From an uncultured Candidatus Saccharibacteria bacterium (lineage in GTDB: Bacteria > Patescibacteriota > Minisyncoccia > Phycocordibacterales > JAACPR01): a stretch of 64,000 bases of DNA. Shown piece by piece: positions 36,711-46,960 of this stretch. Position 1 is the stretch's first letter, and each line of letters begins with the position of its first letter. The notes below the pieces were generated by a model. That model saw nothing but the letters and a program-made list of their open reading frames with translations. It was not told where the DNA came from and did no database searches. The DNA is taken from the NCBI GenBank assembly GCA_964630375.1, contig CAZVRT010000001.1, positions 71,379-135,378 of the forward strand, read 5' to 3'. The translations under genes were made by a program, and so were the position numbers.

Positions 36711-38591
36711 ATGGCGTTACTAGACTTTCTAAAAGGAAAACAGCAAAAAGAACCAACACAAATCACTTCTTTTTTGCCACAAGAAATTTACGAAGCGGGA
36801 GTTTTGGAACTTCAAGATGTTATTGCACCTAGTGCTTTAAAAATTACTCCGAGAGAAATAAACTTGGGAGATAAACTTGTGAGAAGTTTCTTTGTTATTT
36901 CATATCCTCGATATCTTTCAGATTCTTGGTTTTCTCCTATCATCAACCTAGACAGAGTTTTTGATATTTCTATTTATGTTCACCCAATAGACACCGCAAC
37001 AATTCTTCGACAATTCAAAAAGAAAGTTGCTGAAGTTCAATCACAAATTCAAACTCGAGAACAAAAAGGTTTGGTTCGTGATCCTGTTTTGGATACTGCA
37101 TATCAAGATTTGGAAATTCTTCGAGACAATTTGCAACAAGCTCAAGAAAAGATTTTTGATGTTGGACTTTATATTTCTATTTACGCAGATAGCAAAGATG
37201 AGCTGGATAAATTTGAGTCAGAAGTAAAATCAATTCTTGAAGCTAAACTTGTTTATGTAAAACCAGCGCTTTTCCAACAAGAAGAAGGCTTCCGAACAAT
37301 TATTCCAACAGCTCAAGATTTACTTGGTGTTCACTCAAAATTAAATTCTTCACCACTTTCAAGTATTTTCCCATTTATTTCTTTCGACCTTACTGCCGAT
37401 AAAGGAATTTTGTTTGGAATCAACAGACACAATAGTTCACTTATTTTGTTTGATAGATTTAGTTTGGAAAACTACAACTCGGTAACTTTTGCAAAAGCTG
37501 GTTCTGGAAAATCTTACGCAACAAAGCTGGAGATTTTGCGAACTCTAATGTTTGAAACTGATGTTATTGTTATCGACCCTGAAAGAGAATATGAATTTTT
37601 GGCAGAAGCGACAGGAGGGAGATACTTCAACATTTCTCTGACTTCAGATCACCACATCAATCCTTTTGATCTCCCACCTGCAAGAGAAGATGAATCACCT
37701 GCAGATATTTTGCGTTCAAACATCGTAAACCTTGTAGGACTTTTCCGACTTATGCTTGGTGGTCTTACACCTGAAGAAGATGCGATTGTCGACAGAGCGA
37801 TTGCTGAAACTTACGCACTGAAAGACATCACACCTGAAAGTGATTTCTCAAACATCGAACCACCACTTCTTTCAGACTTTGAATACGTTCTATCTGGAAT
37901 GGAAGGAGGGGATGTTTTGGCACAAAAACTTTCTAAATACACAAGAGGTACTTGGTCAGGTTTCATTAACAGACCAACAAACGTTGATATCAACAAAAGA
38001 TTCGTTGTGTTTTCTTTGAGAGACATGGAAGACGAACTAAAGCCTGTCGCGATGTATTTGGTAACACACTTTATTTGGAACGCAGTTCGAAAACAATTAA
38101 AGAAAAGACTTCTTGTTATCGACGAGGCATGGTGGATGATGAAATCTGATGACACTGCATCTTTCTTGTTTGGATTAGCAAAACGAGGTCGAAAATACTA
38201 TTTAGGAATGTCTACAATTACTCAAGACGTTGAAGACTTTTTGCGATCGCCTTATGGAATGCCGATTATTACAAACTCTTCAATTCAACTTTTGTTGAAA
38301 CAATCACCAACTGCGATTGATATGATTTCTCAAACTTTCAATCTTACAGACGAAGAAAAATATTTGCTTCTAGAATCTGATGTGGGAGAGGGAATTTTCT
38401 TTGCTGGAATTAAACACGTTGCAATTAAAATCATTGCGTCTTATACAGAAGATCAAATTATTACTTCTGACCCATCACAAGTTCTTCAAATTAAAAGAGC
38501 AAAGGATGATTTGAAGGCTTCAGCAGGAACTCAAACTCCAGACGAACTAGCAAGAAGAACAACTGAAATAAAGTCTAATACCATAAACTAA
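36711..38591 (+). CDS. virB4: VirB4/TraE/TrbE-family conjugal-transfer ATPase
   Basis: It has Walker A AKAGSGKSYATK, Walker B LLVIDEAWWMM, and the N-terminal VirB4 domain (ITPREINLGDKLVRSFFVISYPRYLS). Confidence 0.8.
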   Translation: MALLDFLKGKQQKEPTQITSFLPQEIYEAGVLELQDVIAPSALKITPREINLGDKLVRSFFVISYPRYLSDSWFSPIINLDRVFDISIYVHPIDTATILRQFKKKVAEVQSQIQTREQKGLVRDPVLDTAYQDLEILRDNLQQAQEKIFDVGLYISIYADSKDELDKFESEVKSILEAKLVYVKPALFQQEEGFRTIIPTAQDLLGVHSKLNSSPLSSIFPFISFDLTADKGILFGINRHNSSLILFDRFSLENYNSVTFAKAGSGKSYATKLEILRTLMFETDVIVIDPEREYEFLAEATGGRYFNISLTSDHHINPFDLPPAREDESPADILRSNIVNLVGLFRLMLGGLTPEEDAIVDRAIAETYALKDITPESDFSNIEPPLLSDFEYVLSGMEGGDVLAQKLSKYTRGTWSGFINRPTNVDINKRFVVFSLRDMEDELKPVAMYLVTHFIWNAVRKQLKKRLLVIDEAWWMMKSDDTASFLFGLAKRGRKYYLGMSTITQDVEDFLRSPYGMPIITNSSIQLLLKQSPTAIDMISQTFNLTDEEKYLLLESDVGEGIFFAGIKHVAIKIIASYTEDQIITSDPSQVLQIKRAKDDLKASAGTQTPDELARRTTEIKSNTIN

Positions 38592-38592
38592 A

Positions 38593-39234
38593 ATGGCAGT
38601 AATTCGTGAAGCAAGAAGTTCAAATGTAAACTTAGATGGAAGCTCATTTAATAAAAGAAATCAGCTAACTCAAGTAGCTAGACAACAATTAGTAACTACT
38701 CTAGAAAAAAACTTCCAAAAAGAGCTCCAAGATTCTGAGTTTCTAGATGATGTTATTAAAAATCTTCAAACAAAAGAAGATGTTGCTGACTTTATTGATT
38801 CCGCACCTGAAAAAATGGATTTTCCATTTGTTATATTTACAATAGCTCTAGTCGTTGACATTCTAGACATATCTGAATTTTCAGGATTTGCTTATTTTGT
38901 AACAGCAATAATAAAAGTATTGTTTACAGCCATCATTTGGATTTGGCTTTTAGGAAAATTAAATGGATTGTTTAGAGTTGGGTCTAGAGTCGCTTTTAAA
39001 GGAAGTCAATCTGCCGTTCAACAAAAAGCAAAAACGGCATCTAAACAGTTTTTGAGAAAATATTTATCAAGAAGAGCAGTTGCTATTATCATAGTTAACT
39101 TTATTCCAGTAATAAGCATCCTCGCAAGTTGGGCGTTTTTTATTTTTTTGGCATACAACAGGCACAATAAATTAGCTAACGCTTACATACAAGCAGTAAG
39201 CTCTATTAAAATCAATAATATAAAGAAAAAATAA
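38593..39234 (+). CDS. Hypothetical membrane protein in the T4SS cluster
   Basis: The 213-aa ORF has several TM helices and starts 2 nt after the virB4 stop. Confidence 0.4.
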   Translation: MAVIREARSSNVNLDGSSFNKRNQLTQVARQQLVTTLEKNFQKELQDSEFLDDVIKNLQTKEDVADFIDSAPEKMDFPFVIFTIALVVDILDISEFSGFAYFVTAIIKVLFTAIIWIWLLGKLNGLFRVGSRVAFKGSQSAVQQKAKTASKQFLRKYLSRRAVAIIIVNFIPVISILASWAFFIFLAYNRHNKLANAYIQAVSSIKINNIKKK

Positions 39235-39263
39235 TCTAGTTAACTTTTTAAAAAAGAGTTAAA

Positions 39264-40313
39264 ATGTATTTAATGAAATATTTATTTTTACTAATAGCCA
39301 TTTTTCTTCCATTTCAAACATTTGCGCAACTATCTTCATCTTTCTCGTCCATTACAGAAAGAGCTGTTATTGAACTAAGCCCAGAATTTCCAGAACCAAA
39401 TCAAACAGTAACAGCAAAAGTTAGGAGCAGTAGTTACGAGAGTCTGGACTCAGCAAATATCGTTTGGCACATAAATGATGTTGAAAGAAAAAGAGGAATT
39501 GGAGAAACCACATTCCAATTCACCGCCCCAGAGCCAGGAAGAAATATGGAACTTTTTGTTACGGTAGAAAAAAATGAGCAAGATACTTTTGCAAACTTTA
39601 TAAACATCCAAACTGCAGAACTTGATTTAATTTATGAAGCAAATACATACACACCTCCTTTCTATAAAGGAAGATCTATTTTTACACCTCAATCAACAAT
39701 CACATTTTCTGCATTGGCCAAGGTTTATGAAAACGGAGCATTACTTCCAAAAAATAGGGTTACTTATAATTGGTATGTAAATGACAATTTCGTTTCAGAT
39801 TTATCTGGCACAGGAAAAGACAGTATGATTTTTCAAGGAGATATATTATCTAGACCGTTTTCTGTATCTGTTTCAGTGGGCTCTGCTAATTCAAATACAA
39901 AATCTAGAAAGAAAGTTGTCATAAATGCGATACAGCCTAAAGTTGTTCTTTACGAAAACAATCCAATTTATGGAAATATGCTTGAAAAAGCATTAACGGG
40001 AACTTTCAATTTCGACAGAGAAAAAGTTAGTTTAACAGCCATTCCATATTTTTTCAGCACAAATAATAGAAATTCATCTCAATTAACATATAAATGGTAT
40101 GAAAATGGACAAAGAATTGGTAATGAGACTTTCGGTAGCTTTATAAATTATTTAAATCCAAATCTAGCAAAATCTGGGGTTTCAAACATTAGTGTTGAGG
40201 TAGATCATGGTAACAGCTTTCTTCAATCTGGAAAAAGTTTCTTCCAAGTAAATGTTTTAGGTCAACAACAATCTGGTACAATAAATACAAATGAAAAACC
40301 ATCCGCTTTCTAA
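39264..40313 (+). CDS. Hypothetical secreted beta-rich protein in the T4SS cluster
   Basis: It has a signal peptide (LFLLIAIFLPFQTFA) and repeated Ig-like segments. Confidence 0.4.
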   Translation: MYLMKYLFLLIAIFLPFQTFAQLSSSFSSITERAVIELSPEFPEPNQTVTAKVRSSSYESLDSANIVWHINDVERKRGIGETTFQFTAPEPGRNMELFVTVEKNEQDTFANFINIQTAELDLIYEANTYTPPFYKGRSIFTPQSTITFSALAKVYENGALLPKNRVTYNWYVNDNFVSDLSGTGKDSMIFQGDILSRPFSVSVSVGSANSNTKSRKKVVINAIQPKVVLYENNPIYGNMLEKALTGTFNFDREKVSLTAIPYFFSTNNRNSSQLTYKWYENGQRIGNETFGSFINYLNPNLAKSGVSNISVEVDHGNSFLQSGKSFFQVNVLGQQQSGTINTNEKPSAF

Positions 40314-40773
40314 AATAAAATTTCTAGCAATTTTTACAAGCATCTTTTTTAGTATATTTTTTGTCGCTTTTAGTATTTTTACTCCAACAACTTTTGCTCA
40401 AGATGTTGAAGCGGCTCCCATAGAACTACATGGACCACCGGATTATCTTGCTGGTGGAAACACTTATCGTCCAATCACTCCCGGAACAGATGGAGTTGGT
40501 GGATTTTTAAATTTCGGAGGAAGTTTTGAACAAATGCTTCAAAGACTTTTTGAAATGGGAGTTATGATCACAGTTATTTTGGCAGTCATTATGATTATCT
40601 GGGGAGGAGTTGAATATATGGGAAGTGAATCTGTTTTTGCGAAAGGAGAGGGTAGAGATAGAATAAAATTTGCAATCTGGGGACTGATGATTGCACTAAT
40701 TTCAATTCTTCTAATCTCAACAATTCTTCCCGGAGGAACTGGTGGTACTTTTGAAATAAACATATTTGGATAA
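40291..40773 (+). CDS. VirB2/TrbC-like pilin candidate
   Basis: The 160-aa protein has a signal peptide plus two hydrophobic helices (VMITVILAVIMIIWGG, LMIALISILLISTIL), which is the VirB2 pilin architecture. Confidence 0.4.
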   Translation: MKNHPLSKIKFLAIFTSIFFSIFFVAFSIFTPTTFAQDVEAAPIELHGPPDYLAGGNTYRPITPGTDGVGGFLNFGGSFEQMLQRLFEMGVMITVILAVIMIIWGGVEYMGSESVFAKGEGRDRIKFAIWGLMIALISILLISTILPGGTGGTFEINIFG

Positions 40774-40777
40774 TTAA

Positions 40778-41539
40778 ATGAAAGAATTATTTAAAAACAA
40801 AATATTTATTGCGGCACTTGCTTTGGTTTTAGTTTTCGCAATTATTGGAATTATTTTTACTTTTAGAACTCCTGAAGCCGAAAATACTGAAAATAACCAA
40901 GTAGTTACACAGGATTTTGACTTCACAAGAGAAGACACTGTTCAAGAAGATACAGAAACTTACTCTAATTTTGGGGTAAACAGATTAAGAGTTGTTTCAT
41001 ACGGCGGAGCATCAGACATTAAAACTTACACAGAAAGAACTTCTGAATATGCACTTACAAGAAATCCTAGAAACACCGGCGGATTAACTTTTGCAGCTTC
41101 AAATGATTATGGGGAATTTTATTTTGCAATCAATCAAGACGAACAAAGAATAATTTTTAATGAAGGAACATCAGAAGGAAAGTTTGGATATGAAGATGTT
41201 GGGGAAGTAAGTGGAACGTTGATACGAGAAAGAATTCCCAGCGCAGAATATTATGCAGCGTACCCTATAAGCGAGCTGGCGCTTAAAGCCGGTTTCCAAC
41301 AAATTCCTGACACAGGAGCTGCAAATAATTTTCTAAAAGATAAATATTTGAAAATCACAAATATTAATAACAACAGACAAGTAGTTGTAGAAATTGATAC
41401 ACGAAATCACATAGAAGATTCTCTAATGATTTCTGAAGCTACAAGAAAAGCTTTGCTGGTAGACAACGGAATTCTTGGAAGCTTCAATCTGCAAATTGTT
41501 GATAAAGAAGAAAACACGCTGGGAGTTGTACAAAGATAG
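40778..41539 (+). CDS. Hypothetical membrane-anchored protein in the T4SS cluster
   Basis: It has an N-terminal TM helix and a 230-aa extracytoplasmic domain. Confidence 0.4.
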   Translation: MKELFKNKIFIAALALVLVFAIIGIIFTFRTPEAENTENNQVVTQDFDFTREDTVQEDTETYSNFGVNRLRVVSYGGASDIKTYTERTSEYALTRNPRNTGGLTFAASNDYGEFYFAINQDEQRIIFNEGTSEGKFGYEDVGEVSGTLIRERIPSAEYYAAYPISELALKAGFQQIPDTGAANNFLKDKYLKITNINNNRQVVVEIDTRNHIEDSLMISEATRKALLVDNGILGSFNLQIVDKEENTLGVVQR

Positions 41540-41553
41540 AGTATAATAATTTC

Positions 41554-42870
41554 ATGATTAGAAAAATATTAGGTTGGACAATTTTTGTTTTAATTTTTGC
41601 TTTCATTATTTTTATTATCTGGCTTTTCTTTTTAAGAGGAGATTCAAATGAAAGTACTTATTCTCCAACAGGACGACCAGAAGATTTTTTTCCAGCAAAC
41701 ATTCCTAATCTAAATCAAAACGGCGAAATTGATCCCGATCCAAATCGCACAGGACAAGCAAACAGAAATCTTATTCCACGAATCAGACAACTGTCTCAAG
41801 TACCAGTAGCAGGTTCAGTTGCTTTTTCTCGAGCAGGAAATACTTCTAGACCAGTGGTAAATCCAGATGGTTCTGAAAGCAGAGAACAAAGCACTTATAC
41901 TGTTTTTAGATACGTAGAGCGCTCAACTGGGCATTTATATGAAGCCAGAGAGGATTCTCTAACACAAACAAGACTATCAAACACAACAATTCCAAAAGTT
42001 GTAGACGCTTTTTTCTCACGAGATGGAAATAATGCGATTTTGAGAATTCTTAAAGATGACCAAGAAACAATTGATACACTTTCTGCTTCAGTTGTTCAAA
42101 AATCAACAACTTCTCCATCCGGAAGTGGAATAGTGGCGGACGGATATGCTCTTGAAGGTCCTTATCTTTCACAAAATATTATCGATGCAAAAATCAGCTC
42201 TGCAGGATTAACTTATCTTATTCCAAAAAACACAGGTGGGAGTTCTTTGATTACTTCAAACTTAAGCGACTTGGCAAAGAGAATTGTTTTTGACTCTCCA
42301 TTGAAAGATTGGGTTATCTCAAGAATAAACAACAACAGTATTTTGTTCACAACTAAAGCAGATTCACGAGTTGCCGGTTTCTCATACCTTATAAACGCCC
42401 AAAATGGCTCTAGCCGAAAACTTTTAGGCGATTTGCCAGGATTGACCACTTTGCTTAGTCCAAACGAAAAATGGCTGATTTATTCTGTTTCAAACAACAA
42501 TGAATTTAGTACTTTTGTATTAAACACAGACACAAACGAAACAAAAAGATTTGGAGTAAACACATTGCCTGAAAAATGTGTGTTCAGTCAGCAAAATTCT
42601 GATTTGCTATTCTGTGCCGGACCTTCTCAAATGCCACGAGTGCCAATGCCAGAATCTTGGTACCAAGGAACAGTTAGTTTAAATGACAACCTTTGGAGAG
42701 TTGATCTTTCTACTCAAAACTACGAGCAAATTCACAGCGACAGAGAAGAAGTAGAACAAAGCTTTGACATGATAAAACTGGAAATCAGCTCAAACGACGA
42801 ATTCCTTTTGTTTGTAAACAAGAAAGATTTAACTCTTTGGAGTATTGAAACAGCAAATATTGTTAGATAG
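41554..42870 (+). CDS. Hypothetical membrane-anchored protein (last gene of the T4SS cluster)
   Basis: It has an N-terminal TM helix and a roughly 400-aa beta-rich domain. Confidence 0.4.
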   Translation: MIRKILGWTIFVLIFAFIIFIIWLFFLRGDSNESTYSPTGRPEDFFPANIPNLNQNGEIDPDPNRTGQANRNLIPRIRQLSQVPVAGSVAFSRAGNTSRPVVNPDGSESREQSTYTVFRYVERSTGHLYEAREDSLTQTRLSNTTIPKVVDAFFSRDGNNAILRILKDDQETIDTLSASVVQKSTTSPSGSGIVADGYALEGPYLSQNIIDAKISSAGLTYLIPKNTGGSSLITSNLSDLAKRIVFDSPLKDWVISRINNNSILFTTKADSRVAGFSYLINAQNGSSRKLLGDLPGLTTLLSPNEKWLIYSVSNNNEFSTFVLNTDTNETKRFGVNTLPEKCVFSQQNSDLLFCAGPSQMPRVPMPESWYQGTVSLNDNLWRVDLSTQNYEQIHSDREEVEQSFDMIKLEISSNDEFLLFVNKKDLTLWSIETANIVR

Positions 42871-43633
42871 TTTTCTCTTTTTCTGCTTTCTCTTTCTCAG
42901 CTGGCTTTTTAATAGTTTCTCGGATGTAAAGCTCTTGTCCGATTCCAAAAAGGTTTGAAACTGTCCAATAAAGAGCAACTACTGAAATAAGTCCATAAGA
43001 AATACCGAAAATCATCACAGGCAACACCCACTTGATTTGAATTTGCATTCCTTTCATAAAATCAGCTTGAAAATCAACTTTTCCTGTTTGCTCTGGTTTT
43101 TTAGGTTCTGTTTTTGGAAATGAAAGTCTTGCTTGAATATGTTGAGTAAGAGCCGCCAAAAATGCCAAAACAAAGCTTTTTGATTCAGCAATGTGGAAAA
43201 CTCCCAAGAAAGTCATATCAACATTTTCGGGTGCAGGAATAAAAGAATAAAGAATATCTACATTGATAGCAGGAAGACCTCCTTTATAAATAACCCAATA
43301 CAAAGCCAAAATAACCGGAAGTTGAATAATAATCAGCAAAATTCCTGAAAAAGGATTTATTTTATTAACTCTGTAAAGCTCAAGCATTGCTCGTCCAAGC
43401 TCTTCGCGGTTATCTTTATATTTAGTTTTCAATTCTTCAAGCTCACCTTGTATTTCTCGAGTTTTAATAGATGTTCGAACCGCTGATTTTGAAAGAGGGA
43501 ACAATACGAATTTTACGATTAAAGTAAGTATTATCACCGCAAATCCCACGTCTCCACCAGGAATAATATCGATAAATAAAATTAAAGCGTTGTATAAAGG
43601 TGTAAAAAATAAGTCGTTGAATAGTTCTTTCAT
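42863..43633 (-). CDS. yidC: Membrane protein insertase YidC/Oxa1 (short form)
   Basis: The motifs GFAVIILTLIVKFVLFPL...QLPVILALYWVIY match the YidC core. It is located after rnpA, as expected. Confidence 0.85.
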   Translation of the reverse strand: MKELFNDLFFTPLYNALILFIDIIPGGDVGFAVIILTLIVKFVLFPLSKSAVRTSIKTREIQGELEELKTKYKDNREELGRAMLELYRVNKINPFSGILLIIIQLPVILALYWVIYKGGLPAINVDILYSFIPAPENVDMTFLGVFHIAESKSFVLAFLAALTQHIQARLSFPKTEPKKPEQTGKVDFQADFMKGMQIQIKWVLPVMIFGISYGLISVVALYWTVSNLFGIGQELYIRETIKKPAEKEKAEKEKTI

Positions 43634-43959
43634 TGCTTGGTAATTATAGTTGTCAAAATGTGTCTAAGCAAGGATGTGATTTGTTTGTAATCCATCTCTA
43701 AAATATCTTTGGTCGCAAACACTATGTAGTCAGCAACGGGGAATAGGTCTTTATTTTCTTTAATTGCATGAAATACTCGTCTTTTTATCAAATGTCTTCT
43801 AATGGCACTTTTTGTGACTTTCTTAGAAACAACAACAGCGAATCGTGATTTGTCGTTATTTAAGGTTTTAAAATAAAAAGCTCCGGCACTGATATTTTTG
43901 CCGGAAGCAATTACCTCATTGAATCGTTTTGTGTCAATTCTTTGGTCTTTTGGAAGCAT
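43630..43959 (-). CDS. rnpA: Ribonuclease P protein component
   Basis: It has the RNR-like basic motif (AIRRHLIKRRVFH) and the conserved rpmH-rnpA-yidC synteny. Confidence 0.85.
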   Translation of the reverse strand: MLPKDQRIDTKRFNEVIASGKNISAGAFYFKTLNNDKSRFAVVVSKKVTKSAIRRHLIKRRVFHAIKENKDLFPVADYIVFATKDILEMDYKQITSLLRHILTTIITKQ

Positions 43960-43962
43960 TGT

Positions 43963-44097
43963 TTAAACAGAAAGCTTAGATCGGCCTTTAGCCCGTCTTC
44001 TGTTCAAAACGTTCTTTCCTCCTGGAGTTTTTGATCTAACCAAAAAACCGTGAGTTGTTTTTCTCTTTTTTCTGCTTGGTTGGTATGTTACAGACAT
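43963..44097 (-). CDS. rpmH: 50S ribosomal protein L34
   Basis: The manual translation [44 protein letters not shown] is a canonical 44-aa L34. It is below the ORF-track size cutoff. Confidence 0.85.
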   Translation of the reverse strand: MSVTYQPSRKKRKTTHGFLVRSKTPGGKNVLNRRRAKGRSKLSV

Positions 44098-44215
44098 AAA
44101 ATTTTTTATTACTTATTCACAAGTTATGAACATGTTTTTAACATAAAGACGAAAATTTAACAAGTTTCTCATTTCTGTCTTAAGTATATAATAAGTTATC
44201 AATAAGTTTTCACAA
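44098..44215. promoter_or_regulatory. dnaA upstream region with DnaA-box-like sites (part of oriC or the dnaA promoter)
   Basis: This is an AT-rich 118-bp gap between divergent rpmH and dnaA, containing TTATTCACA and TTATCAATA near-consensus boxes. Confidence 0.45.
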
Positions 44216-45574
44216 ATGACTACAATCACTGATACAAAAAGTTTATGGGAAAACTCTTTAGCCGAAATTGAGGTTTTAGTTTCAAAGGCAAATTTCGCAA
44301 CTTGGTTTAAAGATACTTTTTTGGTGAAAATAAATGATGGGGAGGCAGTGGTTGGTGTGCCAAACACTTTTGTTAAGGATTGGTTGAGCAATAAGTTCTC
44401 TAAAACCATTCTAAAGGCACTTCGAGATCAAAACGACGAGATAAAATCTGTTGCTTTTACGGTTGCCAACATTGAGAAGATTCGAGCTCAAAAAGAAAAG
44501 TTTATAAAAAGAGAACAAAAAAATACTCAAGAGCTTCCTCTGGCAGATTACTATATAAATAAAGATGACAATCTAAATCCACGCTACACTTTTGATACTT
44601 TCATTATTGGTTCTTTCAACGAACTTGCTCACGCTGCATCTCAAGCAATTGTTAGACAACCAGGGATTGTTTACAACCCTCTATTTATATACGGAAGCAC
44701 AGGACACGGAAAAACTCATCTTATTCAAGCCATCGGAAATAAAATAAAAGAGATTCAAAGAGACAAAAAGGTATTTTATCTAACATCTGAAAAGTTTGCT
44801 TCGGAATACGTTGCGGCTGTTCAACAAAACAAAATGACTGTATTTAAGGATAAATACCGAAAATATGATGTTTTGATTATGGACGATATTCAATTCCTTT
44901 CAAAAATGGAAAAGACGCAAGAAGAACTTTTCCATTTATTCAACACCCTTTACGACAACAATAAGCAAATTGTTTTCTCATCTGACATGCACCCAAACTT
45001 TATTCCAGGACTTGAAGAAAGACTTAAATCTCGTTTCAACCAAGGAATGATTGTAGATATTCCAAAACCTGACTCAGAATCACGTATTGCAATCCTTCAA
45101 ACAAAAGCAAAACAAAACAATGTGTGCATTTCACCTGAAATCTGCGACTACCTATCAAACACAATCGACGGAAACATTCGAGAACTAGAAGGAGTTATAA
45201 ACTCAATCGCCTGCCAATCTCAACTAAAAAACAGGGAATTGAATTTAAACGATGTAAAAGATTTGGTAAAAAACAGCACAAGACCAAAGAAAATGGTTTC
45301 TATTAAAGATTTAATCAAGTTAGTAGCTGATTTCTACAACATTGATCCAGATGCGATTTGTGATAAAACAAGAAAAAAGGAAGTTGTTCGACCAAGACAA
45401 ATAACGATGTACATTTTGAGAGAGGATTTCAACACTTCATACCCAACAATCGGAGACAAATTAGGAGGAAGGGACCACACTACTGTTATTCACTCTTGTG
45501 AAAAAATCAAAGAAGATCTAAAAACAGATCAAAATCTATCTCAACAAATATCCCAAATTCGCGCTATGCTCTAG
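44216..45574 (+). CDS. dnaA: Chromosomal replication initiator protein
   Basis: It has the AAA+ Walker A GSTGHGKTHL and Walker B VLIMDDIQFL, and the C-terminal DNA-binding domain with the DnaA signature (KLGGRDHTTVIHSCEKI). Confidence 0.9.
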   Translation: MTTITDTKSLWENSLAEIEVLVSKANFATWFKDTFLVKINDGEAVVGVPNTFVKDWLSNKFSKTILKALRDQNDEIKSVAFTVANIEKIRAQKEKFIKREQKNTQELPLADYYINKDDNLNPRYTFDTFIIGSFNELAHAASQAIVRQPGIVYNPLFIYGSTGHGKTHLIQAIGNKIKEIQRDKKVFYLTSEKFASEYVAAVQQNKMTVFKDKYRKYDVLIMDDIQFLSKMEKTQEELFHLFNTLYDNNKQIVFSSDMHPNFIPGLEERLKSRFNQGMIVDIPKPDSESRIAILQTKAKQNNVCISPEICDYLSNTIDGNIRELEGVINSIACQSQLKNRELNLNDVKDLVKNSTRPKKMVSIKDLIKLVADFYNIDPDAICDKTRKKEVVRPRQITMYILREDFNTSYPTIGDKLGGRDHTTVIHSCEKIKEDLKTDQNLSQQISQIRAML

Positions 45575-45828
45575 CTTATTAACATGTTGATAAATATGTT
45601 AATAAGTTGTTGGATAGCTTGTGAATTTAAATGGGGTATTTTTGGGGATAAGATTGGGGAAAAAGCTTATCCACTAAGTTCTTAACAAATTATCAAAAAC
45701 AATCCACAGGTTTTTAAAAAATAAAATCTGAAAAGAGATTTATTTTTAAAGATTATTTTAGAGTTATACACATATCCACAGGACTAATAAAAATAATAAA
45801 TAATTAAATTAAAAAATAAAATAATTAA
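45575..45828. promoter_or_regulatory. Probable oriC: DnaA-box cluster in the dnaA-dnaN intergenic region
   Basis: The boxes are TTATCCACT (45667-45675), AATCCACAG (45711-45719) and TATCCACAG (45773-45781), set in a very AT-rich 254-bp spacer. Confidence 0.55.
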
Positions 45829-46929
45829 ATGAAATTCATTTGTTCAAAAGAAAAACTTCATAACTTAATTTCAAAAGCTGAAAAGATTTCAGGAAAGAAT
45901 TCTACGCTTCCTGTTCTTTCATGTGTGATTCTTGAAGCAAAGGATACTTCTTTGATTGTGAGAGCAACTAACTTGGATATTGGTATAGAAGCTTCAGCAG
46001 CGGTAAAAGTAGAGGCTGAGGGAATGGCTGCTATTCCTGGAGCTTTGTTTTTACAATATCTTTCAAATATATCTAATGACGAAAACATCACCGTTGAGAT
46101 TGTAAATAAAAACCTTCTTCTTACTTCATCAAAAAGTGAAGCAACAATAAAAACTATTCCCCATGACGATTTCCCAACTATTCCAAAAGTTGAAAATGAT
46201 AAGAAATGTAAAATCGCAGCCAACTCCCTAATTTATGGTTTGAAGTCTGTTTGGTACAGTGCTTCAGTTTCAAGTATGAAACCGGAACTTTCTAGTGTTT
46301 ATTTATATCCAAAAGATTCTGGATTGATGTTTGTGGCAACAGATTCATTTAGACTTGCAGAAAAGAAAATCGAAACAAAAGAAATCGATTCTTTCGAAAG
46401 TGTTCTTGTGCCTTTTAGAAATGTTTCAGAAATTATTCGAGTGTTCGACAATATTGTTGGAGATATTGAAATTATTTTTGATGAAGGACAAATTGCTTTT
46501 GTTTATGACGGACTTTATTTAGTGTCTCGAATTGTTGATGGAAATTTCCCAGACTACAAACAAATTATTCCAAAAGACAATACAACAGAAGTTACTGTTC
46601 TAAAACAAGATTTAGTTCAAGCGCTAAAACTTTCAAATATTTTTTCAGATAAATTTAATAAAGTTCATTTCACAATTAGACCAGAAGATGGAATTTTTGA
46701 ATTAAATTCTAAAAATGTTGATAAAGGAGAAAACAAAAACAATGTCGAAGCGACTTTGCGGGGAGAAGCGATTGATATTAGTTTCAATCACAAATATTTG
46801 GGAGATGCTTTTAGTTCAATCAATTCTGACAACTTAATCTTGATGTTCAACGGAGCAAATAGAGCAATGGTAATGCGTGGAGTAAATGACAACAGCTTTA
46901 TGTATTTAGTGATGCCTTTAAATCGCTAA
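45829..46929 (+). CDS. dnaN: DNA polymerase III beta sliding clamp
   Basis: It is 366 aa, has the three-domain clamp pattern, and sits immediately downstream of dnaA. Confidence 0.85.
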   Translation: MKFICSKEKLHNLISKAEKISGKNSTLPVLSCVILEAKDTSLIVRATNLDIGIEASAAVKVEAEGMAAIPGALFLQYLSNISNDENITVEIVNKNLLLTSSKSEATIKTIPHDDFPTIPKVENDKKCKIAANSLIYGLKSVWYSASVSSMKPELSSVYLYPKDSGLMFVATDSFRLAEKKIETKEIDSFESVLVPFRNVSEIIRVFDNIVGDIEIIFDEGQIAFVYDGLYLVSRIVDGNFPDYKQIIPKDNTTEVTVLKQDLVQALKLSNIFSDKFNKVHFTIRPEDGIFELNSKNVDKGENKNNVEATLRGEAIDISFNHKYLGDAFSSINSDNLILMFNGANRAMVMRGVNDNSFMYLVMPLNR

Positions 46930-46960
46930 AATCGCCTCGTGTTCGATTTTAAAAACAAAT

